Of a stretch of 36,229 nucleotides of DNA, positions 36,162-36,229 are shown piece after piece. Position 1 is the stretch's first letter; each line of letters opens with the position of its first letter. The notes beneath the pieces were generated by a model, which was not told where the DNA came from, did no database searches, and saw only the letters and a list, made by a program, of their open reading frames with translations. The translations under genes were made by a program, and so were the position numbers. The stretch is from IMG/VR virus record IMGVR_UViG_3300042566_001492; one strand, given 5' to 3'. This DNA is from an uncultured virus (IMG/VR IMGVR_UViG_3300042566_001492) (taxonomy: Duplodnaviria; Heunggongvirae; Uroviricota; Caudoviricetes).

Positions 36162-36229
36162 AACAATTAATTAGGTACAAACTATTTTCAGAGGCTCGTT
36201 CTGAAAGAGAATTAACACAGACTATATCA
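36158..36229 (+). CDS. N-tagged protein (partial)
   Basis: MKQLIRYKLFSEARSE..., open to window end. Confidence 0.65.
   Translation, partial: MKQLIRYKLFSEARSERELTQTIS

Noticed and set aside
1..36229. Stop-codon reassignment as in some large phages
   Set aside because: Standard code gives dense, full-length genes; TAG and TGA end genes at sensible places, including ATGA overlaps

Overview
AT-rich, gene-dense segment that reads as part of a large (jumbo-type) tailed phage genome, probably infecting a Bacteroidota host. This is an inference from TTTG-N19/20-TAnnTTTG promoters, no obvious Shine-Dalgarno sites, many short orphan ORFs and a tRNA-like gene; no capsid or terminase gene lies in the window. 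Recognisable genes: HAD (RNA-repair-like) phosphatase, SGNH hydrolase, secreted non-specific endonuclease, solitary paaA, GT2-like / BKACE / NeuD-like cluster, AAA ATPase, outer-membrane beta-barrel, GGCT plus a deleted copy, and degenerate PolB-like and gp32-like proteins. The most striking pattern is a two-way peptide 'address' code. About 27 ORFs start with MK[YH][LI]KxF/Y..E(S), which resembles the T4 capsid-targeting sequence, and sit behind a TAATATATA promoter-like motif. About 21 other ORFs end in an R(D/E/Q)xKLxxL(G)I helix and mostly sit behind host-like promoters. No ORF carries both tags. The window also holds an expanded paralogous domain family, a tRNA-like RNA without a normal anticodon arm, an attC-like hairpin cassette and two dispersed intergenic repeat families.
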